Shown here: piece after piece, positions 40,201-46,565 of the stretch
Position numbering within the stretch: position 1 is the first letter of the stretch
Layout: every line of letters begins with the position of its first letter
Assembly (NCBI GenBank): GCA_947085655.1
Contig: CAMTXH010000014.1
Location: 9,825 to 73,824 of the forward strand
Direction: 5' to 3'
DNA length: 64,000 bases
From: an uncultured Omnitrophica bacterium
Lineage (GTDB): Bacteria > Omnitrophota > Gorgyraeia > JACQQV01
Program-made: the position numbers and the translations under genes
The notes under the pieces: generated by a model
Seen by the model: only the letters and a program-made list of their open reading frames with translations
Told to the model about the DNA's origin: nothing
Databases searched by the model: none

Positions 40201-43200
40201 GACTCAAAGAAGAGACCCTTCGGATGCAGGCGGAGGCGGAGAGAGAAATCTCAGACCGGGCCATCGCCGCTCATCAGGGAATTTTTGAAACCGGATACCC
40301 TTACCAAGGACAACACTACGATCCGCTCACAGAAGAGGAGCAGATATTTCTTGCGGAACTTCTCATGAAATATCCTCATGTAGTGAAATTGCATCTCAAT
40401 GATGAGTTGGGATTGGTTGGGAAAGCAGAGGAAGGGAGAATTGAGGCCACGATTGCAGAGCTAGAGCGTGAAAGGCCGTGGCTAAACCCTGAAGAGCGGA
40501 CCAATTTCTTCAAGAGTCTTGACCCGGATGATTTGATTGCCATCATGCGGGTGCGTGAGGAAGTTCGGAGAGTCTCTCTTGGGAATCCTTCACTGACCCC
40601 ATGGGGAAGAGACGATGGCGTCAAACAGACATTGACTGCTCTCTTTGCTCATTACCGCCTCGATACCACCGCACAGCACGCGGATGTATCGCATTTTGAC
40701 TTTGGGGCCTATGTGAGAGGGGCCTCCCTCAGTCAGATTTACCTCTCTTTCCGGAAGGATAAAACACAAATCGCCTTAAACCCGGGTCTTTTTGTCTGGA
40801 CCGGATGGGGCTTGTGGATGGAAATATTCCATAAGACACGGACAGGGGAAATCCCATTCCGGAAAGGAATCCTGGCGCTACTTCTCACGCCATTGACCCA
40901 GGTCTTGAGTTATTACCCGAATGCGGCTGCTCTCCGGCCGCTCCGTGGCTATGAAAAAGATACGAACCAGCGGTTTAGTCTCCGGATGATTGCCGAAAGC
41001 GATCCGGAACTGGATATCTGGTCCTGGACCTTCGGTGTTTTTGCCCGCTGGATCTATGGCCACCTATTTACGATTGCCCCTGAAATAGTGGGAGGCGAAA
41101 TCTTTCTCCGTGACCTGATTGCGCCGCACCGGTTTGAGTATAAAAACGAAGGGGGATGGATAGATCCGGTAACCGGCATCCGGGTACCGATGTTCTATGC
41201 AAAATTTGCCCAGGAACTTGATCCTTCCAGACCCCCCGAAGACCAGCTCGCCGCGATGCTGGATGCGATGGGGAATCCGGAGACGACCAATACCCTTTTC
41301 CCCGGCGCCCGAGTGGATCGGATTCATGATTTGATTTACCTTGGACGACTCACCGAGGATAGCCGGAGTGCGATGGGGAAGGACGGCGAGACGGAGAGGA
41401 CCTCTCTCCACCGCGACCTTATCGTCTCGCGGCTCATCCGGGACGACGGCGTTCTTGTGATTCTCCCGAACGGCGACAGTTTCCTTTTCCGGGTCGCGAA
41501 TCCCGGCTATCTGAACCGGATTGCAAAAGGGGCTGCCCTCGGGATGCTTCTGATTGTGTATCTCTCCGGACGGGTCCGGGTTCTTCCAAGACTTTCGATT
41601 GTGAACGGGCGCCCGGTCCTCGAAAATGAGACGACCAGCGGTTATGAAACCTATGCGCACGAGGTTAGGGAAGCCGATGAGATATCCAGAGAGGTCAGCG
41701 AAGCGCGTGCCCAGCGGGCCCAACAGTTTATTCATCGGCAGATGGGTCAGACTTATACGATTGATCCGGAAGGAGACCGAAAAGAGATCCGACTCGGCGC
41801 AAGAGTCGGTTACGACCCGGACAGTTACGGCATGGCTCACTTCTTCCGACGGGGCAAGGCCAAAATCTTTGGTCTGATTCCCCTTTCCCTTTACGGCGGT
41901 GCAGGGGACAACAATCTGGAACAGGTCGTCAAGGCATTCTATGATCCGGAAGAGGTGATCCGATTTGTGCAGGAGCAAATCAAGGAAGATCAGAGAAAAG
42001 CGGGGACATTTGCTTCGCTGAGGGACTCATTTTCAAATGTGACCCTCAAAATTGAAAAGGAAACCCCGGACATCCTGCATCTTTCTTCGGCAACGCTTGA
42101 TCCGGCAGCGCAAGAAGCGTACGCCCTTTATCTTGGGCAACTTCTCCGGATGCGCGGCATTGATGTTCCTGAAAGAATTTTAAGGGCCCATGCGCCAGCC
42201 CTAACGCATCCCCTTGAGGCACTTCCGACCTTCATTCAGCATGTGGTGCGGGCGGTTTTGGACATTGATGAAGCGGCCATTCAAGGCGAGGATCACCGGC
42301 TCCTTTACGAAGGCCTTTTCCTTGCCACCAGCAAACTCTATCTTAAGGCGATTGCGCGCTCCATCGCGGATCCTTATGTCACGGTCGAAGGAACAAAGCG
42401 GCGCGATCTTGTGAAGGCGGTGGATTCCCTTGCCGCAGGAATCGGAACATCCGCTGCTCCCACACGGCTCACCGGCTTCAAAGAAAGCACCGCTTTGGAA
42501 TTTTTCCTCCTTTCCGATGAGCGGGGTGAACGGAGTGCGGTTGGCTCAGGCGTTGCCAGAGACCTTTATTATCTATCGGGCAAAGCAGGCGTCATGCGGC
42601 TCGGCGATCAGACATTCGGAGAATGGCGGGGGGCTCTCCACCTGATGGAGAAAATCCGGGATCGCTTCTTCGGACAGGATCGGTCCTGGACATGGCTGGG
42701 TCGCCGGAGTGCAACCCACGGCGCTTCAGAACTCGGCTCCGAACTTTTCCGGATTTCGAGGAATGCCGAGCCGGGGCTTCAGTCGCATCTCGAAGCATTT
42801 CTCCGTGCCGCAAGCGACCAGGGCCTTTCCATCCAGCGGCTTCATGTGACGCGGGGGAGAGATCTCGTCGTTGTCGCAGACTATGCGGGGGCACAGAATT
42901 ACAGTCGGTTGAAGGAAAAAGACGGAGCCCTTTTCTTCGATGGGAAACCGATGAAGCGGAGAAACGAACGGGTTGAACGGATTCTGGGTGAGCACGGACT
43001 CAATATTCGCCATGCCTTCGAACGGGTGATTGTTTTCAGCCCTGCGGAATATGACGTGTTGCGAAACCACGATCTCTATCGGACAAAAGAATTGAATGTG
43101 GATGCTCAAGATGGGGCGAGAAAAGCAAGACCGGCCACCCCGACATGGCTCTCACGACTCAGAAACGGCTTCGTCACCTATAGCCGGAGTTATCTTTTGG

Positions 43201-46200
43201 TAGGAACCCTCGGCACCATTGCCTATGGTCTTGCCGCCCTCTTTGGTGTTCCGGCCCTTTCCGCTCCGGCGCTTGCCATCGGTGCGGTTTCAGGAACAGG
43301 ACTCATTGCGCTGGGATGGCTTATGTCGAAAATACGGTCTGATTCTTTGATGGCACCGGCGCTCAAGAACTTTTTCGGAATTACAATCCTCTCCGGTACA
43401 GCGGCATATGGGCTCATGGCCGGAATAGGCGGGCTGGCCGCGAAACTCTTATCATCCCTTGAAGATCCCCTTATCTCGACAGCACTCCTTGCTCTGGGCC
43501 CGCTTTCCGCATTGGGCCTCGTCGGAACCAGTTGGCTCTGGTCTCGCCATCAGGAGGATGAATCCAGTTTTGCCAAGAAACTCCACAGTGTCTCCAAAAC
43601 GCTCGGCATCGCCGCAGCAGGGTATACCGCCCTTTATTTGGCGACTGCGCCCGTCGGAGGAATCGCCCTCTACTGGTTGGCGCTGCTCGGAGCCGGCACT
43701 CTTGCGCTTCCGGGCTTTGTTATCCAAGTCGTTCAGTTTGCCAAGCGGTGGTTTGGGGACAGCGACGAATATCCGGCCATCAGCGCCTCTGAAAAGAAAG
43801 CAGCACTGGATGAGGAAATTCAAAGGGCGATCTCCGGGAATTCGCCGGTTCGGATTTACGAAGGAGATATCAGTGAAAAAGGCCGGGCCAGCAGCCGGCT
43901 GGATCCGCTCTTTGTGGTGAACGAAGCCCACCGGACAAAGCAAAACGGATTTGTAGATGGAGACAGGAACAGATTTGAGGTTGTGAGAGAGACGGCCGAG
44001 TGGCTTAATGGAGTCATTGAAGATGAAAACACCATTACGGTCCGGCGGGCCTCTGCTCCTGAGATACATTTGGTTGAAACTCCGCAACGCGATTACGCTG
44101 AATCGGTCGCGGCAAACTCCGATGTCGAGCAGGCAAGAGAAGATTTAGACAAGACCATTCGGGAAGTTGGAAAGAAAGCTCTGCGGGGAGAGGACGCAGA
44201 AAACTTAAGGGCGCTTGGGCTTCAAAAAGAAGTCGAGCAAGGATCGGTCCACGTCTTTAGCGGCTTGATGAGAGGCATTTCTGCAATCGGAAGCGCATTG
44301 AGTTGGATGACCAGAAAAGCGGCCTTTGTCGGCGCGTTCACAGCGGCCTGGCTTATCCCGGGCCTGGGATTCTTTGATGCGGGAACCGGTCTGGGAGCTC
44401 TTCTTGTCAAGGCAACCTTTATTTTGGCCACCGGTGTCTTTGGACTCATTGTCGGCTCCTTGGCACGAACCGCGGTCAAAATTGCTTTTACTTTTACTGC
44501 CACAAAATTCATCGGACTCATCGGCTGGATTGAAAAACCGCACAAGCGGTTTGGGAACCGGCCGATCCCTCTCCTGAGCCGGTTTGTGAATATCGAAAAT
44601 GTGGTCTTAAGCCGCGGTTTTGTGAAATTGGTGAGGGCGTACGGCCATGAGCCGAAAGCATTCCTGGCAAACTACTATGGCGAGGCGGAGTATCCGCTTG
44701 TCTTCGGGATTCCGTTCCTTCCGGGTCACTTCAAATTTGTGGTTCCCCTTCTCACAAGGAAGTTCCATGTGCATCGCGTCCCGAGCGAGTTGTCGCTCAC
44801 GGCGATGTTGACGAAACTCCATGAGCCGCCGATGACCCTTCCGGTTTCCGGCTATAACTTCCTCGAGGGAATCATCCAGCGTTTTAAGGTGGTCCTCATC
44901 TACACCGAGGATACCCTCTCCGGCATAGGGGTCACGAAGCCGGTCTGGCAGCCGGTGATGCCTGCCAAAGGGGAACTCCGGATGGAAGGGCTCATGGCGA
45001 TCGACACGTTTAGACGGTTCAACCAGTCACCGCAGCGGGCCCTCCTTTATGCGAAAGGGAAAGGACTTTATGAGGCGATTGAGGCGCTGGCTCGCGGCGA
45101 TGATCCGTATGTCGGGGACGCGTTCGCCCCATTTGCAGAATTCCTCCGGAACATGTTCTTTATGAAAGCATTTGACGATAATCAGGTGGATGTGGACGCT
45201 TCTGCCAAGAGCGCCGGGTTCTTCAGTTACATTTTCGGGCGCTTTACAAACCGGGACCTTGTCGGGAAGCATATCACCGAATTCGGTCTCGGCGATGCTC
45301 AGGCGTTCCGGGAGTTTGACCGGTATCATGCTTTGGATGAACAATTAGGTGGTAGGTTTGTGGATAACAGGTACCTCAAAGGTAGATTTTATCAGGTGAT
45401 GGATGCGGTTCAGGAGAGGATCCGTGAGGCGGTCCGTGAGCGCTTCGGAGTGGAACCGGAAGCATATTATCCGGTCGATCCGGAAATCGTGGCGGCTGCA
45501 GCTATGCTCTGGAATAAGTGGGAACGCGAAAATCTTCAAGACAATATTCACCGCCAGCTGGGACTCGGCCATCTAGCGGAGGAAGTCAATTCTATTCGCA
45601 TGAACCCAGAGATAACTATGGCGGTGGAGAACCTCTGGAGAGAGTGGATGAGGAATAGACGAACTATTCATAACATGGAAGAAGCACTTCAAATCCAAGT
45701 CGGTCGCATCCGTGGCACGGATAGAACTTCTGTATCGATTGCCCCAGAAATAGTAGGAGTGATTGAAAATCTCTGGGAACAGTGGATAAGAACTGAACAA
45801 TACATTACCCGGGAAGCGCTTGAGTCAGTCCTTGTGCTCTGGCAAGAAAGGGAAGATACAGGATTTTCTATTAACGAGGCCTTGAATCGCTTGCAGGATA
45901 CGATTGTCAATATTACCAACGAAAGATTAGGACTTGAGGATAGAAATTCTGTAATGAATAATCCCGAAGCGATCAAAGTCATCAATGCAACGCAACGACT
46001 TTGGAGAGTGTGGGATGAAACTGGGCGTGGACCGACATTTTCTGTCAACGAGGTTCTTGGAAGATTTGAAGAACTGATTGAGGTGACAGATGCGTCCGAT
46101 GGCGGGAGAAGGTATATCGAAGAATCAAAGCCCCTCCTTACCGAACAAGGAATCACTTATGAGAGAGAGATCGCTGTGACTTTGGCGCCCCAGGGGATGG

Positions 46201-46559
46201 ATGCCGAACTCTTTATCGAGCATGTTTCGTTCCTGAATCCTACAACGCGGGAGTTGGTCGGGCAGATTAAGGACAAAGTCAATGATGAAGACGTTGCGCG
46301 GATGATTGTGCCGGGGAGCGCCACAGAAGAGTTGACCGCGGAACGGCTTGTCAAACTCTATGCTCTCCTCGCCCATCACTTTAACGGCGGAAAGGATATC
46401 GAAGAGATTCGATTGCCCGAAGGCTTTACGTTGGATCAACTCGGAGAGATCGACTTCTTCGGGCTTGATATGATTGATGCGCATATTTCCCCGGATTTGA
46501 TCCGGGCGGTCTTTACCGAACAGCAGCTTGAAATGATGCACGTCTTGACGAAGTTCTAA
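28257..46559 (+). CDS. Giant membrane-anchored protein (6,100 aa, GTG start) with a peptidoglycan-binding domain, a GH-like region, a very long coiled coil, hydrophobic blocks and C-terminal repeats
   Basis: Uninterrupted 18.3 kb frame. The first in-frame start is GTG at 28257; the next Met is about 124 codons in, after the predicted TM helix. AAGGA lies 11 nt upstream. N-terminus: RPLAFIVVETFLWTTLSFDIALAFEHHAAVHLRPKA. Sub-features are listed separately. Confidence 0.8.
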   Translation: MKNSEEKSPEIKGRFPSWFRPLAFIVVETFLWTTLSFDIALAFEHHAAVHLRPKASTLKDGGVKGLREALRGEELLDLPAEPSVAEDGARKGKPFRGKYPTLHFLHRPSETGGLELSGFETDIMKMAIAPSAGSNEGLSLSNEEAAAFFRFARAVGFEDLMMIQNMNDRLNRVPEGDRRRLLQGAVPSLKKKVVPVLPYVLNPFDEGLAEILLSGTEELNYSLQSRLSGAFAKASEVKGTPVEKLAHLRNELLEEGDPSKARLLRILELIAELQTPEAKRKAIVAFTARYLFSVENSLQLVKIFGLAERGSETASDGARKTIEGGYPSFEYMHQHFSPAELALVRFMMHPDAAFDLQGRLSVPEILFFFKALHAVGFENLLLIQNVEKELEQTALQKKEIQEAIHGLQAKIPPLLEKVTFSGKATIGLSSILATRTETLDDGVKHRLQKVLGMIQRANDRFAVQTVDDLREGKMRLPDSKPNQRLIAILRLIADLPTVPEKEKAAVAFAKRFQLDDQDLFHLQRVMGVSRVMSGRLPNEEQLRKGLNRYIRLLILSVLRKGSPAKVLAKPTLRDSQFSDEEISQFLVEAYQHPDRLVETARRQFEEARAGLVQRISPEDLRGYEHALLQMGPEIRGFLEQYALVSPEGTEGRAAVASRDRPPVSPLEPESQTAESSGPLNELLSVIRDLFVQEIGYPLPNDALELFRRPLQKGQITPDQIIFQITELSDRLTDKEKRAHQGDRIYWVRFAKEAIAIEPITLIQHGKTPSLKGVPYQKELYELMNRGAITNTQAYWTKALIRHAGFDPKKLGAVLPAENGSRRFVDFGALISVLEAAGSGKYTDETKANIVYDFFRHIATRESRKEHFEDPRTPLHLFGALYPFVESNVHAFIYEVTEDITKGEKRFLYDPEGKLLPPEKTDEVVQKVSRLLAGKGRKLKRVDQYLLGRVVKTVLTMDYEKGPSERTRDGGTRLASRARGRLRRAFHNFLLLTQLVYSVTVSVNPPSAAAALPARVAVHQTVSVQLPEPEFSEPRVETKAVDESNKPILSRGSRGESVADLQRMLEKTVHFDELGQLLAGTGVDIPNLIAGWKIDGLYGWRTEAMVYAFQTKYGLTQDGDVGPATWPKLESASETVGTPIHARASLNENLLPQEPHDVTEGPLLASLTPDVMSDVAMTAAFQPAAPSPVPTSARPGTHAVVAPVTKTAVSPAGTPPTPPSPADTLSVTAAATADTLQVSGVPLLTYDYVSGDLSKYPMYLTEDRDGRKGRFGGFTEEESRQVRRALRGEDPAFPGKYRGTGAIVWRSLGQTLWRNAEGAREMIEEAENFVNEAVSKTPSTDVSKWKASLFAPFPVAGVQDAVFLMDPLGIPAARIPEYVAGLSKAGVNTLFVNTGGLMMLDEAKRPEARAKYNFLLLEARARGIRTGNWVSDVVLMGDPFLPMALDDVELIRKYFNLLADEVLPFDFHLVDLQPMDDLQWANYVSTVRFIQTALAVNGGGDLFVSVDPQEVSHAEYWNLPDGVGYMVKAYATTEAGILHNVYQAKLGFAASLFDGVEVSDGVRSLLEQARSVSKELERLAAVRNHEASRGPAEAAFQKGLELLKKIREAFEPALGTARTAERPYTFVVGTSPRLEDGDRSFFRQEDRIAAVTGETAAFLEGTDGETFEGRSIHFNSFQDQLHVLKGGKTSWAKGVRLQVVDPAVRWTVQAIEDAVNFIRPGVRPKRTEEVSRPLLTQTGDFLILKGKGLSGGIFGASFEVPLADNLGILYGTMTGLRGIAFTHVADIQKETFSLRVVDADGNVVPLKDADGNERPSLNAEELRALTQAGRALLLPRDRGKLYAEATFTVAKRLDDRPKDLGRIYSGNIVIPSNLPTQFGWEETFSEEVIIPAGVAEREITVRSPIAEGQVSQMRMFAVSEVRPHLEFISREAISGREIPRFMFGEERFQISGEEVVREGHEVVFPPLFYGVADTTAYFPFEFHNRGTVPVSRYLYHLVLTNQDAGVTLPPNGETREVVLNQERFRAWIETDEESGRQRVILEPVDGSFNGEVSIGGEVFSPPVFVSRHIKLKEVDFLARLEGNRIILEHARLGEGRLVADPAPIPKEILGVPTDGKTVSVEIDGRRFAGRMEGNRLTLVHEGGLITEPVLVDNVELQPSHVVVERLEVGVNSPDTKTGVDYSLRGYVEGDRIILEPTHDSGRLRTPFMIYDERMLRGSLRAEAESDLETYLDLRHLPPGGYKVSGIVYSVHLSGEEIQRIRLAEGAAPEADEVFGIHGSFRVGKPSLSTGAPGGHGFPRAHSPAAAVVETSIRNDGDAPVTVYPVGVSQNKRTGRVITTDEDRSDPHEAYFVTSTGERLEAVTLAAGEEMRVRVKLLLPEDPLDKEKRDFTAILVSLRKLDFERPLSDVRGEVLALFDQAESVGEEALQSRRQDERRHLETRSELERNRENTKDLDEALKGLREGTQKLEAALNGLDEARQDISETDDPEMISRIASGSIGAVSRGLREASDAVYGVRVLFVDTGKTSPKEKTEADGAYLGDRGILARTEPLLYEVQSESLLRWKFEGLASQMDDLRRAEAGILQLEADRERQREGLEEERAYLGRSLRAGPAAVSAQAGNLLLDALSGNTLMADLENAISTVMNDSLAVRVAELNGDDLTPKKRGFFGKVGYVLGRPFAAPVRAIGSLFSEGEKRVPPDQMLHALFPDSASVEAFREATFNATRTRLEEQGKGSLLQLMDFIALRDELSELNAELEANYKDVAEKEALIAANEEVDRILERHGGVAGVSEKIWRLVTMVLTLQGKEAPVVTVTDLSSLRDAVVQARELLPETLFAQLIQSMDREISDSQRREEAIQRTLASIGRLENEKLPEARTHRDRLAGDLAELKKRLGETLPLNADELRARYHSVLAELEVAIAEEKEAVRRLEAELAGLRERREALTRQISVDLEPRELLTQLEQELEALRDQSIPEIIRLSEEGEQALKKKEYEEAKRSFDQVLALEPLHPRSAQSEEVKEAIEQARKGWQKADEKLKEEGLPVGKVEATKITLAQTDRFLAVAISSMEMLRAEREKKKDEKRAEAFQGYLDKLFALRQKLHGMKEGDDLSSLLVEAEEVLDEAYESVSGFSLRVTGVNLALSFVRDKLKLGVIGLIPVFNVTIPDGRAPMQGPLRELTLGADAVRMTTESQPYAPSFKGEGERLIDRLFAGHTPSREADREAFDLEQKIRETERALGEERNQLKADESLLGVLTEKPIQKSHAKAPKVVTAEEKVTQNLIASREARDRAREALDVVQRDKQFAEDAALVHQKELELREAQIAFDSAVADSLAEELDASAQILYRHLVGRFEASEAMVRAQKGYEATGKWHLHTPFHLLKNPKQLFSLETFAGVGAAFFLGREEIPGGMGKKAMTAAGFPYPEHPLLSFTTGLVTVSSPDQELTLGAGAISIPDYLKQLDEYERGLRDERPTFPVGVGINFKLSEEDQRLLAKKYLTSKEAAYIIARVMAEEYADELIQGVQDLSRRTSDLEKGKADLARRKEEKRLLGRFIRRLEADSTRAASELERANLEAFRSAAALDSLKVLMARQREAEEGTGNYRYVKPPVPGSATPADTTAKVSPDTTGTATPASKSRGNKAIPTVLGGTALLWLAWLLRKSREWGESAKDGGNKGIFAIRNVAKEFRTQKVAPFTAKRYATRRVSQWEEPKKVVKNVVTFGTGIWNRMGLVDITPANPETETQAKIRTWVRRITKGALFGTATLLAASAFPGVGLLATAMLGGLALLPGSIKPLATVALVVGNMALGGLPFSFWLLFKSVLAVQFVPSGFVTLRHAVQNFYQHFAVSHTSLRESGEHIGRARFGRETYVTLRTLLIGAGLAGFSLLGIVSSPWWFLGIPANHLLFGFGELLFSLRRPPLTEAQFAAIASLRGRSLQDSEDRFNRRELRELSDDYNDFKREKERAENRKFRSEKEKAELFNAFLEYERGLKEETLRMQAEAEREISDRAIAAHQGIFETGYPYQGQHYDPLTEEEQIFLAELLMKYPHVVKLHLNDELGLVGKAEEGRIEATIAELERERPWLNPEERTNFFKSLDPDDLIAIMRVREEVRRVSLGNPSLTPWGRDDGVKQTLTALFAHYRLDTTAQHADVSHFDFGAYVRGASLSQIYLSFRKDKTQIALNPGLFVWTGWGLWMEIFHKTRTGEIPFRKGILALLLTPLTQVLSYYPNAAALRPLRGYEKDTNQRFSLRMIAESDPELDIWSWTFGVFARWIYGHLFTIAPEIVGGEIFLRDLIAPHRFEYKNEGGWIDPVTGIRVPMFYAKFAQELDPSRPPEDQLAAMLDAMGNPETTNTLFPGARVDRIHDLIYLGRLTEDSRSAMGKDGETERTSLHRDLIVSRLIRDDGVLVILPNGDSFLFRVANPGYLNRIAKGAALGMLLIVYLSGRVRVLPRLSIVNGRPVLENETTSGYETYAHEVREADEISREVSEARAQRAQQFIHRQMGQTYTIDPEGDRKEIRLGARVGYDPDSYGMAHFFRRGKAKIFGLIPLSLYGGAGDNNLEQVVKAFYDPEEVIRFVQEQIKEDQRKAGTFASLRDSFSNVTLKIEKETPDILHLSSATLDPAAQEAYALYLGQLLRMRGIDVPERILRAHAPALTHPLEALPTFIQHVVRAVLDIDEAAIQGEDHRLLYEGLFLATSKLYLKAIARSIADPYVTVEGTKRRDLVKAVDSLAAGIGTSAAPTRLTGFKESTALEFFLLSDERGERSAVGSGVARDLYYLSGKAGVMRLGDQTFGEWRGALHLMEKIRDRFFGQDRSWTWLGRRSATHGASELGSELFRISRNAEPGLQSHLEAFLRAASDQGLSIQRLHVTRGRDLVVVADYAGAQNYSRLKEKDGALFFDGKPMKRRNERVERILGEHGLNIRHAFERVIVFSPAEYDVLRNHDLYRTKELNVDAQDGARKARPATPTWLSRLRNGFVTYSRSYLLVGTLGTIAYGLAALFGVPALSAPALAIGAVSGTGLIALGWLMSKIRSDSLMAPALKNFFGITILSGTAAYGLMAGIGGLAAKLLSSLEDPLISTALLALGPLSALGLVGTSWLWSRHQEDESSFAKKLHSVSKTLGIAAAGYTALYLATAPVGGIALYWLALLGAGTLALPGFVIQVVQFAKRWFGDSDEYPAISASEKKAALDEEIQRAISGNSPVRIYEGDISEKGRASSRLDPLFVVNEAHRTKQNGFVDGDRNRFEVVRETAEWLNGVIEDENTITVRRASAPEIHLVETPQRDYAESVAANSDVEQAREDLDKTIREVGKKALRGEDAENLRALGLQKEVEQGSVHVFSGLMRGISAIGSALSWMTRKAAFVGAFTAAWLIPGLGFFDAGTGLGALLVKATFILATGVFGLIVGSLARTAVKIAFTFTATKFIGLIGWIEKPHKRFGNRPIPLLSRFVNIENVVLSRGFVKLVRAYGHEPKAFLANYYGEAEYPLVFGIPFLPGHFKFVVPLLTRKFHVHRVPSELSLTAMLTKLHEPPMTLPVSGYNFLEGIIQRFKVVLIYTEDTLSGIGVTKPVWQPVMPAKGELRMEGLMAIDTFRRFNQSPQRALLYAKGKGLYEAIEALARGDDPYVGDAFAPFAEFLRNMFFMKAFDDNQVDVDASAKSAGFFSYIFGRFTNRDLVGKHITEFGLGDAQAFREFDRYHALDEQLGGRFVDNRYLKGRFYQVMDAVQERIREAVRERFGVEPEAYYPVDPEIVAAAAMLWNKWERENLQDNIHRQLGLGHLAEEVNSIRMNPEITMAVENLWREWMRNRRTIHNMEEALQIQVGRIRGTDRTSVSIAPEIVGVIENLWEQWIRTEQYITREALESVLVLWQEREDTGFSINEALNRLQDTIVNITNERLGLEDRNSVMNNPEAIKVINATQRLWRVWDETGRGPTFSVNEVLGRFEELIEVTDASDGGRRYIEESKPLLTEQGITYEREIAVTLAPQGMDAELFIEHVSFLNPTTRELVGQIKDKVNDEDVARMIVPGSATEELTAERLVKLYALLAHHFNGGKDIEEIRLPEGFTLDQLGEIDFFGLDMIDAHISPDLIRAVFTEQQLEMMHVLTKF
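28620..29860 (+). repeat. Internal tandem duplication of an alpha-helical module of about 205 aa in the N-terminal region of the 6,100-aa protein
   Basis: Copy A has FFRFARAVGFEDLMMIQNMNDRL ... ARLLRILELIAELQTPEAKRKAIVAFTARYLF. Copy B has FFFKALHAVGFENLLLIQNVEKEL ... QRLIAILRLIADLPTVPEKEKAAVAFAKRFQL. Confidence 0.5.
31401..31644 (+). other. Peptidoglycan-binding domain (PG_binding_1-like)
   Basis: RGESVADLQRMLEK...GWKIDGLYGWRTEAMVYAFQTKYGLTQDGDVGPATWPKL matches the PG-binding three-helix consensus (G.xV..LQ..L...G...DG.FG..T..AV..FQ...GL..DG.VG..T). A Pro/Thr/Ala-rich linker follows (about 31790-31960). Confidence 0.6.
32300..32900 (+). other. Possible glycoside-hydrolase-like (TIM-barrel-like) region, very tentative
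   Basis: Alternating β-strand/α-helix pattern with conserved acidic residues (VFLMDPLGIP...GVNTLFVNTGG...GIRTGNWVSDVVLMGDPF...FDFHLVDLQPMDDL...LFVSVDPQE). Only loose resemblance to GH-like families. Needs an HMM search. Confidence 0.2.
35500..38300 (+). other. Extended coiled-coil region (E/R/L/A/K-rich heptad-like sequence) of more than 900 aa
   Basis: Long stretches such as LETRSELERNRENTKDLDEALKGLREGTQKLEAALNGLDEARQ and ELEVAIAEEKEAVRRLEAELAGLRERREALTRQ. Low-complexity charged helices typical of SMC- or myosin-tail-like coiled coils. Confidence 0.5.
39160..39990 (+). other. Hydrophobic, multi-helix membrane block A of the 6,100-aa protein
   Basis: IPTVLGGTALLWLAWLL, ALFGTATLLAASAFPGVGLLATAMLGGLALLPGSIKPLATVALVVGNMALGGLPFSFWLLFKSVLAVQFV, LLIGAGLAGFSLLGIVSSPWWFLGIPANHLLFGFGELLF. 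Confidence 0.45.
43170..44535 (+). other. Hydrophobic membrane blocks B (43170-43750) and C (44320-44535) of the 6,100-aa protein
   Basis: Block B: LLVGTLGTIAYGLAALFGVPALSAPALAIGAVSGTGLIALGWLM, ITILSGTAAYGLMAGIGGLAA, ALLALGPLSALGLVGTSWLW, AAAGYTALYLATAPVGGIALYWLALLGAGTLALPGFVIQVV. Block C: AAFVGAFTAAWLIPGLGFFDAGTGLGALLVKATFILATGVFGLIVGSLA. Confidence 0.45.
45478..46110 (+). repeat. Four tandem repeats of about 45-70 aa of a PE[IA]xxxxxNLW..W helix motif near the C-terminus of the 6,100-aa protein
   Basis: PEIVAAAAMLWNKWEREN / PEITMAVENLWREWMRNR / PEIVGVIENLWEQWIRTE / PEAIKVINATQRLWRVWDE. The repeat is also visible at nucleotide level (gagaacctctggagagagtgg versus gaaaatctctgggaacagtgg). Confidence 0.55.
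46230..46556 (+). other. Conserved C-terminal module (about 105 aa) shared with the next gene
   Basis: LNPTTRELVGQIKDKV...TAERLVKLYALLAHHFNGG...LPEGFTLDQLGEIDF here. LNPETRELVGKIQDKI...TAERLVKLHALLAHYFNGG...LPSGFQLNQLGAIDD at 50380-50690. About 50 % identity by eye. Confidence 0.6.
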
Positions 46560-46565
46560 AGGAAC

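Noticed and set aside
6768-46559. Giant ORFs as an assembly or frame artefact
   Set aside because: Random sequence of this composition gives a stop codon about every 25-30 codons. Open frames of 7,085 and 6,100 codons, with coherent domain grammar, RBS or coupled starts and flanking terminators, cannot arise by chance. A chimeric assembly cannot be excluded without reads.
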